From an uncultured Spirochaetota bacterium (GTDB taxonomy: Bacteria; Spirochaetota; Spirochaetia; SZUA-6; DRHE01): DNA of 64,000 nt. The notes under the pieces are model-generated. The model saw only the letters and a program-made list of their open reading frames with translations. It ran no database searches and was not told the DNA's origin. The DNA is taken from NCBI GenBank assembly GCA_963736785.1, contig CAVTQG010000061.1:105918-169917 (forward strand), in the 5' to 3' direction. Below are positions 40,214 to 49,851 of the stretch, in pieces (the stretch's first letter is position 1; each line of letters opens with the position of its first letter). The position numbers were made by a program, and so were the translations under genes.

Positions 40214-41164
40214 CTATTCCACCCGGATCAGAAGCTTGCCGGTAGCGTGCCCGCTCATGAGCTCCTGGAAGGCCGCGGGCGCTTCGCTCAGCGCGTAGGA
40301 GCCGCCCACCACTACGCGCAGGGATTGCCGCTCGAGCAGCCCGGCCAGCATCTCGCCGCGCCGTCCGGCGGGCAGGATCAGGAAGGTCCACTGCCGGCGC
40401 CCGGCGGAAAGCTGGCTGGCCAGGGCTCTGACGAAGGGCCACACCCGCCCGCCGGTGTCCAGGAAGAGGTACTCCCCGCGAGGGGCCAGGTATTCGCGCG
40501 CTCTGGCGAAAGGAATGCGGGAGGCGCAGTCCAGGATCAGGTCGAAGCGTTCCTGCGCGGCCAGCGGGTCCTCCCGGGCGTAGTCCACGACGCGGGCCGC
40601 GCCCAGCTCGCGGCACAAAGCGGCCTTCCGCTGCCCGCACACTGCCGTCACTTCCGCCCCCGCCCGGGCGGCCAGCTGCAGCGCGAAATGCCCCACCCCG
40701 CCTCCCGCTCCCGTGAGCAGAACCCGTTTGCCGCGCAGATCCCGGCGGCGGTGATGCAGGCTCAGAAAAGCCGTGCCGCAGGCCACCGGAACCCCCGCCG
40801 CCTCCGCGAATCCCAAATTCCTGGGCACGCGGCTGAGCGCCCGGGCGGGAACGCTCACGTACTCGGCGAGGCTCCCCTGCAGAAGCGGGTTCACCATGCC
40901 CATCACCCGGTCCCCCGGCCGAAACCCGCGCGCCAGAGCGCCGGCCTGCTGGACGGTGCCGGAAAAATCGATGCCGATGCCCCTGGGGAAGCGCTGTCCG
41001 GTGGCAAACCGCCACTGCCCACCCATGAGCTTCCAGTCCGCGGGGTTGACCGAAGCGGCGTGCACGCGCACCAGACAATCCCAGGGGGCGGGGCGCGGTG
41101 GGGGCACATCCCGCAGGCGCAGCACCTCCGGGCCTCCGTATCGTTCGTAGAGCAGTGCCTTCAC
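40214..41164 (-). CDS. NAD(P)-dependent medium-chain oxidoreductase (quinone-reductase type)
   Basis: YGGPEVL, ASVNPADW, GAGGGVG, GHATGKL. Confidence 0.88.
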   Translation of the reverse strand: MKALLYERYGGPEVLRLRDVPPPRPAPWDCLVRVHAASVNPADWKLMGGQWRFATGQRFPRGIGIDFSGTVQQAGALARGFRPGDRVMGMVNPLLQGSLAEYVSVPARALSRVPRNLGFAEAAGVPVACGTAFLSLHHRRRDLRGKRVLLTGAGGGVGHFALQLAARAGAEVTAVCGQRKAALCRELGAARVVDYAREDPLAAQERFDLILDCASRIPFARAREYLAPRGEYLFLDTGGRVWPFVRALASQLSAGRRQWTFLILPAGRRGEMLAGLLERQSLRVVVGGSYALSEAPAAFQELMSGHATGKLLIRVE

Positions 41165-41189
41165 TTTCGAAATATATTACTTTTCCGAT

Positions 41190-41606
41190 ATGAATACCAT
41201 GGAGTTCTTCGGACAGGTCAACTGGGTCGCAGTCGTGTTGGGCGCCGTATTCAGCATGTTGCTGGGGTTCCTGTGGTACGGCCCCCTGTTCGGCAAGCTC
41301 TGGCTGCGCAGCATCGGGAAAAAGCAGGAAGAGCTGAGCAGCAACGCGGGAATGTACGTGTTCGCCTTCCTTGGCGCTCTGGTCTCGGCCTACGTGCTGG
41401 CGGTGCTGGTCGGTGCGCTTGGGATCACCGCCTGGTGGCGTGGCGCGGTGCTGGGGGCTATAGTTTCGGTCGGCATCGGCTCCATGGCGGCGCTGGTGAA
41501 CGGCATCTTCCACCGCATTCCCGGAGTCGCCTGGCTGCTGTTCGCCGTGTACCAGCTCGTGCTGAACGCGGCCGAGGGGCTGGTATTCGCCGTATGGAGG
41601 ATGTAA
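41190..41606 (+). CDS. DUF1761-like membrane protein
   Basis: NWVAVVLG...LGFLWYGPLFGKLW, four TM helices. Confidence 0.75.
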   Translation: MNTMEFFGQVNWVAVVLGAVFSMLLGFLWYGPLFGKLWLRSIGKKQEELSSNAGMYVFAFLGALVSAYVLAVLVGALGITAWWRGAVLGAIVSVGIGSMAALVNGIFHRIPGVAWLLFAVYQLVLNAAEGLVFAVWRM

Positions 41607-41629
41607 GGCTCCTTCCGGTCCGCGCCAGC

Positions 41630-41990
41630 GCCCGGCTTCATCGTGCTGCTGGGCGTGGTCAGCTTGTTCGCGGACCTGACCTACGAGGGAGGGCGCAGCC
41701 TGGTGGGCCAGTACCTGGGCCTGCTCGGCGCCTAGCCCGGGAACTCGCCGGCCCCGGCCTTGACTATGCGCTCCATGAACACCAGGGCGATGGCCATCTA
41801 TGCCACGACGCAGACCGGTCGCGGCTTCGGCTACGGCCTGCACGAAGCCATGGATCAGATCGGCGCAGTGCTGGGGCCCGTGCTCCTCTCGCTGGTCCTG
41901 TATAATACCAGGGCCCGGCCCGCGGACTTCGAGTTGCCGGACAAACGCCCGCGCCTGGCGGCTCGAGGCTGCAGCCGCGCCTAAAGGATT
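41630..41990 (+). pseudogene. Degraded MFS transporter
   Basis: FIVLLGVVSLFADLTYEGGRSLVGQYLGLLGA then TAG; after an internal deletion, GRGFGYGLHEAMDQIGAVLGP. Confidence 0.7.
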
Positions 41991-42146
41991 TACCTGGCCG
42001 CCGCTGCCCTGATGGCGGCCGGTATCACCGTTTGCCCTTCTCTCAGCTGGGCCATCTCGATGAGTGCCTGGTCAAAGTTGGGAAAGACCGCTTGCGCGGC
42101 TGCCCGTCGTCCTGTGCGCCGTCGGGGGCCTGAAGAGGCGGCCTAT

Positions 42147-43280
42147 CTAGCTGAGATCCCGCGTGTAGACCCGATAGGTGCGGTAGTGCTCGGCGCCCCA
42201 GTTTTCGAGCAGGTTTCGTACCGGGTAGTTGTCTTCGATGATCCAGGAGAACTCCGCCCCGCGGTAGCCGGCTTCGAGGCCGCGCCGGTAGGTCTCGTAG
42301 ACTATCAATGCGTCGATGCCCTGGTTGTGGTAGTCACGGGTCACGCCCAGGATGGCCAGACGCAGGACATCCACCTTCTTCCGCCCCAGGAGCAGGCGGA
42401 AGATGCCAAAGGGCAGCAGCCGGCCGTTCATCTTGATGAGGATCTGGTTCACGTCGGGGAGCGGGATGCTGACGCCGATCAGCCTGCCCTCGGCCTCGGC
42501 GAGCAGCACGACCCGCGGATCGGCCACCAGGCGCAGATCGTTCGCCATGAAGTCGAACTCCTCGCGAGTCCACGGGACGAACCCCCAGTTCCTCTCCCAG
42601 GCCTGGTTGTAGACGTCTCGGATCCGTTCGACCTCCGCCTTGAAGTTCTTCTTCATGTCGATGGTGCGCAGGCTGACCTTCCGCTTCTTCTGCACGATCT
42701 CTGCCACCCGCCGGATCTTATCCGACATGGGGAGGCTTGAGGCGAGCATGCGGTAGCAGTAGAGGTCCTTCTCCTTCCGGAAGCCGCAGCCCTCGTAGAG
42801 AACCGGGTAGTATGGAAGATTGTAGCCCATCTGGATCATGGGAGGAATGTCGAAGGAGTCGATGAGCACACCCAGAATGTGGTCGGGCGATGGGTTCATG
42901 GGCCCCATGATCCGCGCCATGCCCCTGGCCTTGGCCCAGGCGGCGGCGGCGTCGAAAAGAGCGCGCGCCACCTCGAGGTCGTCGATCGCCTCGAAGAAGC
43001 CAAGGTAGGCGACCTTCTCCTTCTGGAACTGCACGTAGTTGTGGTCGAGAATCGCCGAAATCCGTCCGACGATCCGTGAATCGCGGTAGGCCAGGAAGTG
43101 CTGGCACTCCACGTGGGCCCAGAAGGGGTTCTTCTTCGGATCGATGGTGTCCTTCTCGCCGACGATGAGAGGCGGTACCCAGTTCTTGCTGGGATTGCGC
43201 CCGCGGTAGATCTTCCAGGGGAACATTATGAAACGTTTGATCTCAGCAGCCGTCCGGACAGGCTCCACGCTTACTGACAT
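42147..43280 (-). CDS. Double-GNAT acyltransferase, bacterial ceramide-synthase (bCerS)-like
   Basis: FIMFPWKIY...WVPPL...KNPF...FLAYRDSRIVGRISAI...GFFE...GPMNPS...YNLPYYP...EFSWIIEDN...YRTYRVY. Confidence 0.7.
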   Translation of the reverse strand: MSVSVEPVRTAAEIKRFIMFPWKIYRGRNPSKNWVPPLIVGEKDTIDPKKNPFWAHVECQHFLAYRDSRIVGRISAILDHNYVQFQKEKVAYLGFFEAIDDLEVARALFDAAAAWAKARGMARIMGPMNPSPDHILGVLIDSFDIPPMIQMGYNLPYYPVLYEGCGFRKEKDLYCYRMLASSLPMSDKIRRVAEIVQKKRKVSLRTIDMKKNFKAEVERIRDVYNQAWERNWGFVPWTREEFDFMANDLRLVADPRVVLLAEAEGRLIGVSIPLPDVNQILIKMNGRLLPFGIFRLLLGRKKVDVLRLAILGVTRDYHNQGIDALIVYETYRRGLEAGYRGAEFSWIIEDNYPVRNLLENWGAEHYRTYRVYTRDLS

Positions 43281-43489
43281 CACCCACCCCCACTCGACCT
43301 GGATTCCCCGGCCTGCGCCCGGAGTTTGCTTGCCCGGCGCAGGGGGTTGTGCTATGCAGAGGCCCGGTTATAGGTATAGCAAAGAGCTGCGGCGGACGCA
43401 ATACAGGCGGGCGTATCTACAGCCCATACCGGGGTGGATGGACGAAGCTGTCCAGGAGAATTACACTCACTGGCTTGAGAGGGATATCA

Positions 43490-44920
43490 GTGAATCGTGA
43501 AACGCACGGTGTGCAAACGCTATTGGGCGACCCGAAAAAAGCGATCATCAAGCTCTCGATACCCATGTTTGTCGCCATGTCGATACAGACAATATACAAT
43601 CTAGTCGACGCGATCTGGGTCGCGGGCAAGGGCGAGTCCGCTCTTTCCGCGGTTGGATTCTTTTTCCCCTTCACGATGCTGCTCACGTCGATCGCGACCG
43701 GCCTGGGGATCGGCGGAGGGGCGGTTATTTCACAAGCGATCGGCGCCAGGGACGCTAGAAAAGCGGATTCGGCAGCTTCGCATACGCTCATCATCATGCT
43801 TTTTCTTTCGGTGCTGATTACGATCCCGCTCTTTCTCTTCGCCGAGCCCCTCTTCCGCCTCATGGGTGCAACGAGCTCGATCCAGGAGACGCTCGCCTAT
43901 GCACGGATCATGTTCGCCGGGATCGCGCTCATTTTCTTCACCCAGGTTGGGATGTCCCTTTTGCGAAGCGAAGGGGATGCGAATAGGGTCATGATTGGAA
44001 TGATCATTGGATGCGTGCTCAATATCGGGCTCGATCCAATTTTCATCTACAGGTTCGATATTCCGATCCCGGAGGTGCCGGCAGGCCTCATCGGCGTCGG
44101 CCGCGGGATCACCTCCATTTCGATCGGTCTCGGCCTCGGGGTCGCGGGCGCGGCGTATGCAACGATCATATCGATTGCGGTCTCTTCTCTTCTTCTATTT
44201 TACTGGCTCTTCGTCCAGAGGAAAACGTATCTCGCAATCCATTTCAGGGGATTTCGATTCGATTCAGCAATCACAAAGAAAATCATCGCGATCGGTGTGC
44301 CGACGATGCTCATGCAGATGTCCATGTCCCTGATGATGTTCGGCGTCACCTCGATCATTACTCGGGTAAGCGGGGACGCGGGCGTAGCGGTCTTTTCCAC
44401 CGGGTGGAGAGTCGTCCAGGTCGCTACGCTTCCGATTCTCGGGATCGGAACTGCCGTGATCGCAGTCGTCGGGGCGGCGTACGGCGCCCGTGCGTTTGAT
44501 AAGTTATCCGTGTCGAAGAACTACGCGCTCAAGATCGGGGTGGGGCTTGAGCTTGTCTTGGGCGCGGCGACGTTTATTTTCGCGCCGTACATAACAAGAG
44601 TATTCACGTGGTCGGCAAAAACCGCGCACCTCGTCGACGACATCACCACCATGCTCAGGTATCTCTGTTTCGGTTACCCTGCCACGGCGATCGGGATGCT
44701 CACCTCGTCGTTTTTCCAGGGCGTCGGGAAGGGATTGTATTCGCTTATCGTCACGATCATCAGGACCCTCATTATCGTGATCCCTTTGGCCGCGATCTTG
44801 GCCATTACATTCGGAATGGGCATGAACGGAGTGTATCTCGGATTCGTGATCGCGGGATGGGCCGCTTCCCTCTTCAGCCTTGTGTGGGCCCAGGCTTTCC
44901 TCAGGAAGCTCGGGCGGTAG
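43490..44920 (+). CDS. MATE-family efflux transporter with atypical codon usage
   Basis: GVQTLLGDPKKAIIKLSIPM, YNLVDAIWV, LRSEGD, NIGLDPIFIY. Confidence 0.9.
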   Translation: MNRETHGVQTLLGDPKKAIIKLSIPMFVAMSIQTIYNLVDAIWVAGKGESALSAVGFFFPFTMLLTSIATGLGIGGGAVISQAIGARDARKADSAASHTLIIMLFLSVLITIPLFLFAEPLFRLMGATSSIQETLAYARIMFAGIALIFFTQVGMSLLRSEGDANRVMIGMIIGCVLNIGLDPIFIYRFDIPIPEVPAGLIGVGRGITSISIGLGLGVAGAAYATIISIAVSSLLLFYWLFVQRKTYLAIHFRGFRFDSAITKKIIAIGVPTMLMQMSMSLMMFGVTSIITRVSGDAGVAVFSTGWRVVQVATLPILGIGTAVIAVVGAAYGARAFDKLSVSKNYALKIGVGLELVLGAATFIFAPYITRVFTWSAKTAHLVDDITTMLRYLCFGYPATAIGMLTSSFFQGVGKGLYSLIVTIIRTLIIVIPLAAILAITFGMGMNGVYLGFVIAGWAASLFSLVWAQAFLRKLGR

Positions 44921-44948
44921 AATAACGCAACCTGCCCGAGCCGCCGCC

Positions 44949-45665
44949 TCAGCCCTGGAACCTCCACCACTCGAGCCTGGCGGGCCCGCCCTCCAGGCAC
45001 AGGGCTCCGACATAGCCCGGCGCCGGGCTGAAGTCGCGCAGCCACCAATCCTCCCCTTTGATCAGGGGCACCTGGAATCCGGTCGCCGAGTAGGCGGCCA
45101 CCGGGACCTCGAGACGGGAGAAGGAAGCCAGAAGGTCCAGTGCCAGCGCCTTGGCCGCGGCCTCGCGGCGGTTCCAGATCAGGAAGAAGGCCCGAGTGCG
45201 GTGCTCGCCGCTGTGCGACTCGACGAAGCCGCGCTCCTCGGCGGTGAAGATGTATGAGAGCACGGCCTGCATGGCCGGCAGCTCTCGAAACCTCTCGATG
45301 TCCACGCCGACCCGCTTCTGTTTGCTGACCGCGACCAGGGCCAGGTCTCCGGCATGGGAGAGGTTGAACTGCAATCCGTCCAGGTAGGGTTTTCCTGAGG
45401 GCCCGGTGGCCAGCCGCAGAGCCTGCGGGCGCTCCTGAAGGTAGGCGGCCAGGATCCTCCTCAGGGCGGCTCGAGCTGCGACCGAGCGCAGGCGGTCTGC
45501 GGGCCGGTGAAAACGCCGAGCCTCTAGTCTCTCTTCAGGGGAAAGGAGGCGCTCCAGGCCCGAAAGGCCCCTGGGCCCCGTCGAAAGAGCGACCAGCCAC
45601 AGGTGCAGGCAGCCCGGCCGCAGGCCAGGCCGCCTTGGCGGGTCCTCCCAGGGCGCGCCGTCCAT
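44949..45665 (-). CDS. Sfp-type 4'-phosphopantetheinyl transferase
   Basis: GPSGKP, FNLSHAGD, VGVDIE, WNRREAAAKA (WxxKEA variant). Confidence 0.9.
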   Translation of the reverse strand: MDGAPWEDPPRRPGLRPGCLHLWLVALSTGPRGLSGLERLLSPEERLEARRFHRPADRLRSVAARAALRRILAAYLQERPQALRLATGPSGKPYLDGLQFNLSHAGDLALVAVSKQKRVGVDIERFRELPAMQAVLSYIFTAEERGFVESHSGEHRTRAFFLIWNRREAAAKALALDLLASFSRLEVPVAAYSATGFQVPLIKGEDWWLRDFSPAPGYVGALCLEGGPARLEWWRFQG

Positions 45666-45745
45666 AACTGTCCATGGTAGGCAACCTCCCGCGTCTTGAC
45701 AAGCCGCCCGCGCTTCGGTTGAATAGCAAGAACTTGAAACAAAAC

Positions 45746-46995
45746 TTGAGAAATCCGCATGAAGTCCGGGTGGTGATCACGGGCATGGGAGCCATCACCC
45801 CCATTGGAAATACCGTTGCCGAGTACTGGGACAATCTCATCAAGGGCAAGTCGGGGGTGCGGCGCATCAGCAGCTTCTCCACGGAGGACTACTCCGTGCA
45901 GATTGCGGGCGAAATCGATCTTCCGGACGTGGGCCCATACTTCAAGGAACGCAAGATGGCCCGTAGGCTGGATCGCTATGTGGTTCTCTCCCAGATAGCG
46001 GGCACGCAGGCCATTCTGGATTCGGGGCTGGAGGTGGATAAGGCTCCGCACCGCTATGGCGCACTCATCGCCACCGGGGACGGCGGCATAGGGGCGCACT
46101 TCATCAACGCCAAACGCATCGTCCAGGACGGGATGCAGGCCACCTCCCCGTTCTTCGTCATGTGCATCCCCAACACCGCTTCCGGCTACCTGGCCATGGA
46201 GTGGAACCTGCAGGGACCCGGTTTCTCCGTGAACTCGGCCTGCGCTTCCGCAAATCATGCCTTCGCGGTGGCCAGCGTGATGATCAAGGCGGGCCTGGCC
46301 GACGCGATCTTCACGGGCGGGTCCGAGGCCCCGGTCTACCCCAACGCCCTGGCGGCCTTTGGCAACATCATGGCTCTGTCGGAGCGCAACGACTCGCCGC
46401 AGACCGCTTCCCGGCCCTTCGACAGGGAGAGAGACGGCTTCGTGCTCAGCGAAGGGGCCGGTGTGCTCTGCCTGGAGGAGTTGGAGCATGCCAGGCGTCG
46501 GGGAGCCAGGATCTACGCCGAGCTGACCGGCTACGGCCTGGCGACCGACGCCCATGACCTGGTGGCCCCCCACCCCGAGGCCAGGGGATCAGCGCAAGCC
46601 ATACAGAACGCCCTGGACGCCGCCGGCCTGAACTCGGAGCAGATCGATCTGATCAACTGCCACGCTACCTCCACCCCGCTGGGGGATCTGAGCGAGAGCA
46701 GAGCCATCGAGCGGGTCTTCAAGGAGTTGAGCGCCAAGACGCCGGCGCACAGCACCAAGTCGATGACGGGGCACCCGATGGGCGCAGCCAGCGCCATAGA
46801 GGCCATCGCGGTCATCCTGGCCATCCAGAGAGGGGTCATCCACCCGACCATCAACCAGTTCGAGCAGGACCCGAAGATCGGCCTCAACGTCGTGCGCAAC
46901 CGGCCCATGGAGGCAAAGGTCGACCATGTCCTGTCCAACGGCTTTGGCTTCGGGGGGCACAACGCTTCGGTGATAATCTCTCGGTTCCGGGCTGA
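45746..46995 (+). CDS. fabF: 3-oxoacyl-ACP synthase II (probable terminal frameshift; ORF track runs on to 47146)
   Basis: VVITGMG, SACASA catalytic Cys, HATST, KSMTGH, SNGFGFGGHN. Confidence 0.92.
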
Positions 46996-47523
46996 TCAGT
47001 CCGGGAAGCAGACCTCCCCAATAGCTACGCAAGCCACCTGGCCGCCGGCCACCACCTGGCCGATCATGGTGGCGAAAAACCCGTCATACTCCAGCTTTCT
47101 GGCTAAGAGAGTGAGCTCCTGGCCGGGCAGGACGGGGGCCAGGTAATGAGCCCCCAGGATGCGCGTGGCCATCACGCGCAGGGGGCGAGGTTCGGCCGGG
47201 GCCTCCAGGCTGCGGCTCTCCAGGAAGTAGTGCAGGCACAGGCCGAGCTGCCCGATCATCTCCACCTCCAGGCAGCCAGGGTACACGGGAGATCCGGGGA
47301 AGTGCCCGGCAAACACCGGATCGTCGGCCGGGATGGTGCGCGAGCCGGCGATGAGGCCCTCCTCGAAGGCGATGCCGGTCAGGCGGTCCAGGAGCAGGAA
47401 CGGCTCCCGGTGCGGCAGGATGCGCTTGATCCGCTCCCGGTCCCAGTCGAGGGGCTCGAGCCGGTCCGCGGGGGAGGCCAGGAGTCTCTTGCGGTGCTGG
47501 CGCAGAAGGGCGTCGGGATCCAC
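46996..47523 (-). CDS. FabZ/FabA-like hot-dog dehydratase
   Basis: LPHREPFLLLD, HFPGSPVYPGCLEVEMIGQ; GTG start at 47523. Confidence 0.85.
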   Translation of the reverse strand: MDPDALLRQHRKRLLASPADRLEPLDWDRERIKRILPHREPFLLLDRLTGIAFEEGLIAGSRTIPADDPVFAGHFPGSPVYPGCLEVEMIGQLGLCLHYFLESRSLEAPAEPRPLRVMATRILGAHYLAPVLPGQELTLLARKLEYDGFFATMIGQVVAGGQVACVAIGEVCFPD

Positions 47524-47534
47524 GGCAACGGGCT

Positions 47535-48785
47535 CTACCGGCCCTTGACGATGACGTCCTCGATGATGTTGAGGGCCGTGTCCATCTGCTCCCGGGTGAA
47601 CTGTGAGGACACGGAGATGCGGAAACGCCGGGATTCGGCCGGCACGGCCGGGAAGTCCACCGGCTGCAGGAACAGCCCCCGCCGCTGGATCTCCGCCGCG
47701 AAGTTCATCAGCTTTTCTCCCGAGGAGCCGATGATGATCGGGATGACCTGGGACTCGCTGTTGCCCAGGTCCAGCTTCAGATCCCTCAGGCCCTTGGCCA
47801 GGTACTTCACGTTCGCCCACAGCGCGTCCCTCAAGCTGGAGTCCCGGGTGGCCACCTCCAGGGCCTTCATCAGGCCGGCCACCACCGGAGGTGAGGGCGC
47901 GCAGGAGAAGTTCCACGGCGAGGAATAGCCCTTGAGGTAGTTGATGATGCCGGCGTTGGAGCACACGAACCCTCCCACGCCGCCGAAGGACTTGCTCAAG
48001 GTCCCGAAGCTCATGCCGATCTCGTGCTCCAGCCCGAAGTGCTCAGCCACGCCCCGCCCGTTGGGCCCGAACATGAGCGTGGAGTGGGCTTCGTCGATGT
48101 AGGTGGCCGCCTTGTGCTGCTTGCAGACCTCCAGGATCTCGGGGAGCCTGACCAGGTCCCCGTCCATGGAGTACACGCCCTCGAAGGCCACCAGCACCCG
48201 CTTGCCCTTGCTCTTCTCCAGCATCGAGTCCAGGGAGGCCGGGTCGTTGTGCTGGAAGAACAGCATCTTGGCCCCGGACAGGGTGCCGCCGTCGATCAGG
48301 CTTTTGTGGCACTTCTCGTCCAGGATGAGGACATCGCCCTTGCGCAGCAGGCCCTGGATGGCGCCGAGGTTCCCGCCCAGCCCGCTGGAGTACAGCAGGC
48401 AGTCCTCTTTCTGCTTGAAGGCGGCCAGCTGCCGGGCAAACTGCACGTGCAGGTCAAAGGTCCCGGAGAGCAGCGGAGCCCCGGAGGCGCCCAAGCCGTA
48501 GCGATCCAGAGCCTCCTTGGCCGCCTGGATGACCTCCGGATGGGAGGACAGCCCCAGGTAGTTGTAGGAGGTCATGTTGATGGTGCGCCGCCGCACGCCG
48601 TCCAGGCTCATGACCTCCGTGTCCGGCCGGGGGGCGGCCAGAAACTGCTGCCCGAAGAAGCGCATGGCGGACTGGATCTCCCGGTGGCCGATCCACTCAA
48701 GATAGTCGCTGGGGGGCGTGAGGACATCGGGGTTGTCGTTGAAGAAAAAGTCCGCCAGGCTGAACCGGAGCGCGTTCTCAGGCAT
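47535..48785 (-). CDS. PLP alpha-oxoamine synthase (acyl-ACP:amino acid C-acyltransferase)
   Basis: SYNYLGLS, PLLSGT, CHKSLIDG, EGVYSMDGD, DEAHS, GTLSKSFG, FPAVP. Confidence 0.88.
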   Translation of the reverse strand: MPENALRFSLADFFFNDNPDVLTPPSDYLEWIGHREIQSAMRFFGQQFLAAPRPDTEVMSLDGVRRRTINMTSYNYLGLSSHPEVIQAAKEALDRYGLGASGAPLLSGTFDLHVQFARQLAAFKQKEDCLLYSSGLGGNLGAIQGLLRKGDVLILDEKCHKSLIDGGTLSGAKMLFFQHNDPASLDSMLEKSKGKRVLVAFEGVYSMDGDLVRLPEILEVCKQHKAATYIDEAHSTLMFGPNGRGVAEHFGLEHEIGMSFGTLSKSFGGVGGFVCSNAGIINYLKGYSSPWNFSCAPSPPVVAGLMKALEVATRDSSLRDALWANVKYLAKGLRDLKLDLGNSESQVIPIIIGSSGEKLMNFAAEIQRRGLFLQPVDFPAVPAESRRFRISVSSQFTREQMDTALNIIEDVIVKGR

Positions 48786-49032
48786 CGACTTTGTTCGCGT
48801 ATTCCAGGAACTTGGTGGCCAGCTGGTCGATGTTGTTGATGTCCGCCAGCTCCGAGCGGGGCACCTTTATCTTGAGATCGCGCATGGAGGTGGACACCAC
48901 TTCGATCATATCCAGGCTGTTGGCCCCGTAGTCCTTCATGGATTTCTGGGGATCGATGCTGGCCGCGTCGATGTCGTCGATGTTCGACGCGATGTTCTTC
49001 TTGATCACCTCAACCACCTGCTCTTTGGTCAT
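48778..49032 (-). CDS. Acyl carrier protein (AcpK/donor-like)
   Basis: DYGANSLDMIEV phosphopantetheine site, 84 aa, acidic. Confidence 0.9.
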   Translation of the reverse strand: MTKEQVVEVIKKNIASNIDDIDAASIDPQKSMKDYGANSLDMIEVVSTSMRDLKIKVPRSELADINNIDQLATKFLEYANKVDA

Positions 49033-49035
49033 CTC

Positions 49036-49833
49036 CTACTCCTTCTCCATCAAGTATCTCATCATCGAATTATCCTGGAAAGGAAGCCCGTAGTCAACGC
49101 TGATGATCTGTCCGTTGACGGCGTCCAGCCACCCGCTGCACAGGGCCAGCACGGCCTTGCCGCAGTCCTGCGGGGTCAGGATCATCCGTGCCGCCCCCTG
49201 CTTTTCCATGTAGGAGAAGAACTCCTTTCCGAAGATAGCCCGGAAGGACTCGGTGTCGACGCTGCCGAAGCGCAGCACGTTCACCCTGCATCCCTCGGCG
49301 AAAAGGTGCACGGACAGGTATCGCGAGAAGAACTCCAGCAGCGCCTTGGAGGCGGCCACGAAGTCGTAGCCCCTGTAGAAGTGATCCGGGCCGTCGCTGG
49401 AGATGCCCAACACATATCGGGGGTAGCGGCCGAAGCGGGCCTTGATCCTGCGCGTGTAGTCGATGAGCGGCCAGGTGCTGTACTCGAGGGTCTTGAACAG
49501 GGAGCGCTTCTTGTAGTCCTCCAGGCTTTGAGTGCGCAGGGCGAAGCTCACGTTGCTGACGAAGATGTCGATGCCCTGGATGCTGCCGCCCAGCTCCGCC
49601 ATCAGGCGCTCGGTGTCCTGCTCCACGGCCGCATCGGCCTGGTGGAAGCCCGGCGGCGGCGCCCCCAGGGCCTCGAACCTCCCTGCCAGCTCGGCCAGGT
49701 CGACGCTGCCCCACTTGTAGGTCAGGAACACCCGAGCTCCGGCCTCGGCCAGCGCCAGGGCCGAGGCCAGGCCGATGCCCTTGGTGCCGCCCGTGATGAG
49801 AGCCGTCTTCCCACGCAGGTCCACGCCTACCAT
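49036..49833 (-). CDS. FabL/FabI-like enoyl-ACP reductase (SDR)
   Basis: TGGTKGIG; Y-x6-K active site YDFVAASK(ALLE). Confidence 0.75.
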   Translation of the reverse strand: MVGVDLRGKTALITGGTKGIGLASALALAEAGARVFLTYKWGSVDLAELAGRFEALGAPPPGFHQADAAVEQDTERLMAELGGSIQGIDIFVSNVSFALRTQSLEDYKKRSLFKTLEYSTWPLIDYTRRIKARFGRYPRYVLGISSDGPDHFYRGYDFVAASKALLEFFSRYLSVHLFAEGCRVNVLRFGSVDTESFRAIFGKEFFSYMEKQGAARMILTPQDCGKAVLALCSGWLDAVNGQIISVDYGLPFQDNSMMRYLMEKE

Positions 49834-49851
49834 GCCTTGCTCCTGCCTCCC

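Noticed and set aside
40214-41164. MDR oxidoreductase as the missing ceramide reductase CerR
   Set aside because: CerR is an NDUFA9-like SDR, whereas this protein is a zinc-independent MDR; there is no supporting motif.
46996-47146. FabF C-terminal extension overlapping the convergent FabZ-like gene
   Set aside because: One extra G in CCGGG would give F-R-G-TGA at 46993-46995, abutting the opposite stop.
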